DNA of 64,000 bases, taken from positions 21,067 to 85,066 of the forward strand of contig DURE01000022.1 of NCBI GenBank assembly GCA_012837425.1, given 5' to 3'. Positions 59,273 to 64,000 of the stretch are shown one piece after another. This stretch comes from Clostridiales bacterium (GTDB lineage Bacteria; Bacillota; Clostridia; Oscillospirales; CAG-272). A program made the translations under genes and the position numbers. How positions within the stretch are numbered: position 1 is the stretch's first letter; every line of letters starts with the position of its first letter. The notes under the pieces were generated by a model that saw only the letters and a program-made list of their open reading frames with translations, did not search any database and was not told the DNA's origin.

Positions 59273-60043
59273 TTATTTGATGATAAAGTTCCTGAAAATC
59301 AGGCCGAGTATGAGTATGTGCACCGGGTAGAAGAGATAGAAAGAATACTGTATGACCTTCTGTGCGGCGGGTGACTTCGGGGTGTATCCGCGCCGGCCGT
59401 TGCACAGGAGTATTGGGACCAGCGCGAGCGCGGCGAAAAGCTGCATACGCTCCCAAGGCTTCACGGTCAGCGATAAGGGGCGCGAGCCGACAAGCGAGCG
59501 CCAGAGCCCGTTGCCTGCGGCGATTATGTATTTTCGGGCGGCAAAGACAAGGCAAGAGGCCGAGAGGGCCGGTTTATTTGACCCGGCAAGGTAAAAGAAG
59601 AATATGAGGAGCACGCCCTCGGCGCCGTAATCTGTCCCCAGATGTTGCGCGGTAAACGACGCCAGTGCCACCGGCAGCGGGGAGAGATATTTTATCACAT
59701 TGCCGGATTTTAGCATCAGGTCAAATAGAATCAGACCAAGCAGGCCGAGCGAGAGGGTATAGTAGACGTTGTTAAAGGAGAAAAAGGACACCCGCCCCAA
59801 AAAGCAGTAGTGGTATGGCGCCTCCGAAATTATGCCGAGTACCAAAAGGCGCACAAGATACCTGTATTTATTACTGGTTTTCCTATACCCGAAGGCTATC
59901 AGGTAGCAATAAATCGGAAAGGCAATGCGGCCGACGGCACGCATAATATCCCCGTACTGGGCAAAGCCGAATCTTGAAAAATAGCCGATATGGTCAATCA
60001 GCATCGCAAGACATGCGATAAGCTTAAGTACAAGCGTGCTCAT
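59273..60043 (-). CDS. TraX family membrane protein
   Basis: 256-aa polytopic protein whose N-terminus LKLIACLAMLIDHIGYF is the TraX family signature. Confidence 0.8.
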   Translation of the reverse strand: MSTLVLKLIACLAMLIDHIGYFSRFGFAQYGDIMRAVGRIAFPIYCYLIAFGYRKTSNKYRYLVRLLVLGIISEAPYHYCFLGRVSFFSFNNVYYTLSLGLLGLILFDLMLKSGNVIKYLSPLPVALASFTAQHLGTDYGAEGVLLIFFFYLAGSNKPALSASCLVFAARKYIIAAGNGLWRSLVGSRPLSLTVKPWERMQLFAALALVPILLCNGRRGYTPKSPAAQKVIQYSFYLFYPVHILILGLIFRNFIIK

Positions 60044-60330
60044 TTGTCGACACCTGAAGTGTATGTTTCCCGCAAAAGATTGCTGTCCATAAAATCTCCT
60101 CTGTGTTGGTCTTTCCTGTATTATACAATATCGTAATAAACCCTATTACTTGAAGTGCTTTTTCTGATAGAGTGTTGGATACAGGGGCAAAGTGCTTATG
60201 CTTTATCCCGGGCAAATTTTATTTTACTATTATAACAATCCCCATAGCGTAAATTATAAGGTTTGATTATCTCATTACAGTACAGTGCTAATTTATATTT
60301 CCTGCATTGACCATCTGAATTATGTAATTA

Positions 60331-60676
60331 TTAATTGCAACAGTTGCTTGACTGTATTTTGAACGAGGTTTTATTAAGCTGCTCCCAAGAATCCAACAAG
60401 GGGGATGTTCCATCTTCGTATTTTGATTTATCTTCAGTATTTAGAATATCCTCAAAGCTTTCATACGCTTTTTCTAAAAACGGTTTAAAATCTTCGTTAT
60501 AAAAATTGAGGCAAGCTATGACCTGCGTATAGTAGGTGAGTGTATAGTATTTTTCATTGGGACTCCCTTTGAGTTCTTCCCACGATTTGTACTGGCTTAA
60601 ATAATCAGATAGAAGCGCAACAATTTCTTGTTTTTTTATTTTTTTGAATATATATTAAACAGTTTGACAATCTCAT
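60331..60676 (-). pseudogene. AT-rich small ORF interrupted by a frameshift in an A7/T7 homopolymer
   Basis: A 107-codon open frame (60334-60654) has no start codon. An ATG at 60676 is one frame off and joins it if the T7 run at 60631-60637 (A7 on the coding strand) loses one base. The composition is strongly AT-rich compared with the flanks. Confidence 0.45.
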
Positions 60677-60894
60677 TATTAAATCATTTTACCGAATCCC
60701 TTTATTGCAATATCAACGCCAACTATATTATACCAGAAAACCGCATCGGAATAAAGGACATAACTCAAAAAAGAAAAAATATTGATATATGTGGCTTTAT
60801 CTGATATAATAAGACCGGGGCTGGAAGTATACGGAAAAGGGTGCTGAGCGGAAGCCCGGCCGGCGCCCATACAAAAACGAAAGGAGCCGGAAAG

Positions 60895-61785
60895 ATGCGG
60901 ATTGGCGAGAAAATCAGGCGCATCCGCACAGCAAAGGTCATGACCCAAAAGCAGCTTGCGGGGGACAGGATTACGCGGAATATGCTCAGCCGGATTGAGT
61001 GCGGCGTGGCAACCCCCTCGCTTGAGACCCTCTTGTATATTGCCGAGAGGCTGAATGTCTCCCCCGGCTATCTTCTGGCCGAGGGGGAGGACGAGCGGAT
61101 GTATCTGAAAATGTACCGGATTGAGAACATAAGGCGGGCATTCAGGGGCGGCGAGTTTGAAATCTGCCGGGATTTATGCCTTGCCTCCGGCCTTGAGGGC
61201 GATGACGAGATAAACCTGGTTTTGGCTGAGTGCTGCGCGAAAATAGCCAAAGAAAGGTTTAGGGAAGGCAAGCTCCGCTCGGCGGTGCGCTACTTTGAGG
61301 AGGCGGTCGAGTATGCCGGCAGGAGTGCCTACGACAGCGGGACAATACCGGCAGAGGCCGGGGTGTACCTGAGGTACATGCGGCGCATTTCCACGACGCT
61401 GGGGGGAGAGCTGCCCGGGCGAAAGGTCAGCGACGGGCTGGCCTTCGGCGATCCTTTTTGTGTTTATGTCCTTTTGCTCGAGAGACTTGCAGACCGAGCG
61501 GACGGGAGTGAACCTGTATTGCCCGGTTATGAAGATACCTCAAATCTTCTTGCCGCACATATAAAGGCAAGCGCGGCCATGCAAAAGGGCAGATACCATG
61601 AGGCGCGGGAACTTTTGCTCGGTATTCTAACCTCGGACAGCACCGCTCCCGACCCCTTCTACTACAATGTCTTTTTCGACCTTGAGATTTGCTCGAAAGA
61701 AACAGACAACTACCGCGGCGCCTACGAATATGCCGCCGGCAAGGTGAGCCTGCTTGAGAGAATGCTCTCTGAGGCCGAAAGCTGA
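60895..61785 (+). CDS. XRE-family HTH regulator with a TPR-like helical C-terminal domain
   Basis: 296 aa from ATG 60895 (AAGGAG 8 nt upstream). The N-terminus IGEKIRRIRTAKVMTQKQLAGDRITRNMLSRIECGVATPSLETLLYIAERLNVSPGYLL is an XRE HTH. The remainder is helical-repeat-like. Confidence 0.8.
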   Translation: MRIGEKIRRIRTAKVMTQKQLAGDRITRNMLSRIECGVATPSLETLLYIAERLNVSPGYLLAEGEDERMYLKMYRIENIRRAFRGGEFEICRDLCLASGLEGDDEINLVLAECCAKIAKERFREGKLRSAVRYFEEAVEYAGRSAYDSGTIPAEAGVYLRYMRRISTTLGGELPGRKVSDGLAFGDPFCVYVLLLERLADRADGSEPVLPGYEDTSNLLAAHIKASAAMQKGRYHEARELLLGILTSDSTAPDPFYYNVFFDLEICSKETDNYRGAYEYAAGKVSLLERMLSEAES

Positions 61786-61792
61786 TAGAGCC

Positions 61793-62221
61793 ATGAAAAG
61801 GCAGATTGCGCTTTTGGCCGTTCTTTTAGGCTTTGCCGTTATCCTGTCGGGCTGCTCGGAGTATTCGTCGTCAGGCGGCGATTTTCACGCGGGCGAGACG
61901 CTGACCCCCGCCCGACTCGCTGAGATATCCGAGAGCATAGCGGCAGGGTCGGAAAAAACCGGTACTACGACCCCGAAAGAGACAAAGCCTCCCGACACCG
62001 ACGGGGAGGGAAATATTATTGTGTATTGGACCAAAAGCGGGAGCGTCTGGCATTCCGCCCGGGCCTGCGGCTCGCTGGCCAATTCCACGGCAGTAGAGAG
62101 CGGAACTGTTGAGCAAGCAGAGAGGGCAGGGAAGTCGCGTGCCTGCCAAAGGTGCGGCCCGCCCGGCGGGGATACAGGCAACACAGACACGGCCGGAGCG
62201 TCAGAGCCGGGGGAGAGTTGA
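61793..62221 (+). CDS. small secreted lipoprotein with a C-terminal Cys/His motif
   Basis: 142 aa from ATG 61793, with lipobox VILSGC and a low-complexity linker. The C-terminus is VYWTKSGSVWHSARACGSL...AERAGKSRACQRC (WH-x4-C ... C-x2-C). Confidence 0.6.
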   Translation: MKRQIALLAVLLGFAVILSGCSEYSSSGGDFHAGETLTPARLAEISESIAAGSEKTGTTTPKETKPPDTDGEGNIIVYWTKSGSVWHSARACGSLANSTAVESGTVEQAERAGKSRACQRCGPPGGDTGNTDTAGASEPGES

Positions 62222-62238
62222 TTTTAGCCGGCTACCGC

Positions 62239-62267
62239 TTGATTTTTCGCAAATTCTATGTTATAAT
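62239..62267 (+). promoter_or_regulatory. near-consensus sigma-A promoter for smpB
   Basis: TTGATT (62239-62244), 17-nt spacer, TATAAT (62262-62267). Confidence 0.65.
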
Positions 62268-62319
62268 TACCGTGGCGTGGTGTGTCATGCAGCACATACT
62301 TTGAGAGGAGAGAGCCATC

Positions 62320-62793
62320 ATGTCGGCCAAAAAGGGCGTTATGGTTATAGCTCAGAACAGAAAAGCCCGACACGATTATTTTGTGGACGACAATTACGAG
62401 GCCGGCATAGCGCTTTGTGGTACCGAGGTCAAGAGCATCAGGGCCGGTGCTGTCAACCTCAAGGATTCGTACTGCACGATAAAGAACGGCGAGCTCTACG
62501 CCGTTGGAATGCACATCAGCCCGTATGAAAAGGGAAATATCTTCAACCACAACCCTCTGCGCGACAAAAAACTTCTCATGCACAAAAAGGAAATATTAAA
62601 GCTTGCAGGGCTGGTCAACCAGAAGGGATACACCCTTGTGCCGCTCTCGCTTTATTTTTCGGGTTCGCGCGTCAAGCTTGAGGTGGGACTCTGTCGCGGT
62701 AAAAAGCTCTACGACAAGCGCGAGACCATAGCAAAAAAAGAAGCTGAGCTCGAAATCGAGCGGCGAATGCGAAACCGGAGCCGGGACGTCTGA
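62320..62793 (+). CDS. smpB: SsrA-binding protein
   Basis: 157 aa with IAQNRKARHDYF, GTEVKS, and a basic C-terminal tail. GAGAGGAGAGAG RBS. Confidence 0.95.
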   Translation: MSAKKGVMVIAQNRKARHDYFVDDNYEAGIALCGTEVKSIRAGAVNLKDSYCTIKNGELYAVGMHISPYEKGNIFNHNPLRDKKLLMHKKEILKLAGLVNQKGYTLVPLSLYFSGSRVKLEVGLCRGKKLYDKRETIAKKEAELEIERRMRNRSRDV

Positions 62794-63093
62794 TGGATAA
62801 CATTAACTTATGAGCTTAGGAATTTTCTTGACGGCGAGGGAAGGCTGAAGATATACCCGGCAAAGCAGAAATATAAAATCCTCTCGCTGTTCTACCTTGC
62901 CTCAAAATTTAAGGCGGGCAGGATTTACACCGAAAAGGAAGTCAACCTGATTCTAAATCAGTGGCACACATTCGGGGATTGGGCGATGCTCAGGCGCGAA
63001 CTCTATGACAAAGGGTTTTTGTGTCGCAAACCCGACTGTACCGCCTATTGGCTGGAGGAAAAACAGCCGACAATTTCGTCATTCGGGCTTTAA
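62793..63093 (+). pseudogene. DUF2087-like ORF with an apparent 1-nt frameshift after codon 6
   Basis: ATG 62793 overlaps the smpB TGA (TGATG) and reads MDNINL-stop. The next frame (62812-63093) encodes ELRNFLDGEGRLKIYPAKQKYKILSLFYLASKFKAGRIYTEKEVNLILNQWHTFGDWAMLRRELYDKGFLCRKPDCTAYW, a DUF2087-type sequence without its own start. Confidence 0.6.
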
Positions 63094-63110
63094 ATGGAGG
63101 TCTCCAGAAA

Positions 63111-63638
63111 ATGAATTTTTATGAGCTGATGAACAAAAGGCGCTCTGTCCGCGGGTTTACCGAAAGAGAGCTTACAGACGACGAAATCTCAATGTTGCTT
63201 GAGGCCGCAACGGCGGCGCCCAACGCCTGCAACTATCAGTCTTGGCACTTCTATGTCGTGCGCGGCAGGGAGAAGATAAGCGGCTTTGTACCGACGATTT
63301 ACCGCGGCGAGTGGTTCCGCAGCTCGGCGATAGTTTTTGTTGTCTGCACTGATGCGGAAAAACTCGGGGCGCGGTTCGGTGAGCGCGGGACAGACCTATT
63401 TGCAATTCAGGACACCGCCTGCGCGGTTGACCACCTGATGCTCATGGCGGCCGGGCTGGGGCTGGGGAGCTGCTTTGTCGGCGCCTTTGACGAGGTCGAA
63501 TGCCGCAGGTATCTCGGCATTCCCGAAGGCCGGCGGCCGGTGGCTCTGGTCCCGGTGGGCGAGCCTGCGACCGACACCCCCAAAAGGCCGAGAAAACCGA
63601 TTGGCGAGGTCGTGACCTTTGTGGGGGAGGATAGCTGA
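63111..63638 (+). CDS. nitroreductase family protein
   Basis: 175 aa from ATG 63111 (GGAGG 10 nt upstream). Contains RRSVRGFTERELTDDEISMLLEAATAAPNACNYQSWHF, the nitroreductase N-terminal signature. Confidence 0.85.
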   Translation: MNFYELMNKRRSVRGFTERELTDDEISMLLEAATAAPNACNYQSWHFYVVRGREKISGFVPTIYRGEWFRSSAIVFVVCTDAEKLGARFGERGTDLFAIQDTACAVDHLMLMAAGLGLGSCFVGAFDEVECRRYLGIPEGRRPVALVPVGEPATDTPKRPRKPIGEVVTFVGEDS

Positions 63639-63720
63639 GACATTTCGCAATTATTCAAAAAAACCGACTGAAACGCCGCCCGGATGCCCAAAATAAATGT
63701 GGTATCTGAGTATTATATAT

Positions 63721-64000
63721 GGGGGCGCAATGGTTTCGACGGGGATTCTGAAATACGGTAAGCGGGTAGAGCCGGGTAACTCTTAAACTGCCCAAGACAA
63801 ATTAAACGCGAACGATAAAGTCGCACTGGCCGCGTAAGCGGTGCCGCTGCCATAAGGCAGCCCGTTCCTCCCGGGAATACCGCGGCCCGGGACTGAACGT
63901 CAGCTAGCGGTGAACGTGAATACGGATATGCCGTCGGCCGTATTCATGTACAAGACGGCTTACCGGGCAGGCAGCCTGTATGCCGGCGGCCTGCAAGGGA
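63721..64000 (+). ncRNA. ssrA: tmRNA (ssrA), 5' portion truncated by the window end
   Basis: Starts GGGGGCGCAATGGTTTCGACGGGG, the canonical tmRNA 5' acceptor/tRNA-like arm. The tag reading frame GCGAACGATAAAGTCGCACTGGCCGCGTAA (63808-63837) encodes ANDKVALAA-stop. Confidence 0.9.

Noticed and set aside
59273-60043. The TraX family gene as evidence for a conjugative element.
   Set aside because: No relaxase, coupling protein, T4SS or integrase genes occur nearby. TraX-family membrane proteins are frequently chromosomal singletons in Clostridia.
60679-60948. An 89-aa minus-strand ORF overlapping the start of the XRE regulator gene.
   Set aside because: It is antisense to the well-supported HTH N-terminus and its RBS, and has no RBS or recognisable motif of its own.

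Overview
This is a dense, mostly housekeeping chromosomal segment from a visibly GC-rich, endospore-forming Firmicute. My lineage guess is class Clostridia, possibly Oscillospiraceae or Ruminococcaceae-like, and that guess is unverified. I support about 60 protein genes and one RNA gene.

Main content by function:
- Sporulation: spoIVB, spoVT, a CotF-like coat protein, a lone spoVAC and the complete spoIIIAA-AH operon.
- Core metabolism and proteostasis: groES-groEL with a CIRCE operator, ackA, GTP-PEPCK, citrate synthase, homoserine dehydrogenase, class II aldolase, a transaldolase-family gene, nanA, tmcAL, smpB and the 5' part of tmRNA.
- Ion and metal homeostasis: ktrB/ktrA, copA/copZ, mgtE, and zupT with an orphan metal-binding SBP.
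- Other: a heterodimeric ABC exporter pair and several regulators (DeoR, AraC, MerR/TipA-like, XRE-TPR, a SigH-like sigma factor).

I see no CRISPR array, IS element, integrase, prophage or canonical defence system, and I cannot point to one unambiguous new system.

The best candidates for a second look are:
1. An MBOAT plus tandem AlgJ/DHHW-like gene pair in which all four canonical catalytic histidine positions read as non-histidine residues (Leu in three, Ser in the N-terminal module), although both long ORFs are intact.
2. A 1737-aa alpha-2-macroglobulin-like lipoprotein with a degenerate thioester site.
3. A ZIP transporter co-transcribed with an orphan ZnuA/TroA-type binding protein.
4. 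An interrupted smpB-ssrA locus with a frameshifted DUF2087-like ORF in frame with the smpB stop codon.
5. An AT-rich island carrying a homopolymer-frameshifted ORF.
6. A GC-rich intergenic repeat family with a 33-nt palindrome.

Three 5'-proximal frame problems raise the possibility of assembly indels: two sit at 7-nt homopolymer runs, and the third (the DUF2087-like ORF) looks like a single extra base. All family assignments come from reading motifs by eye. No searches were run.
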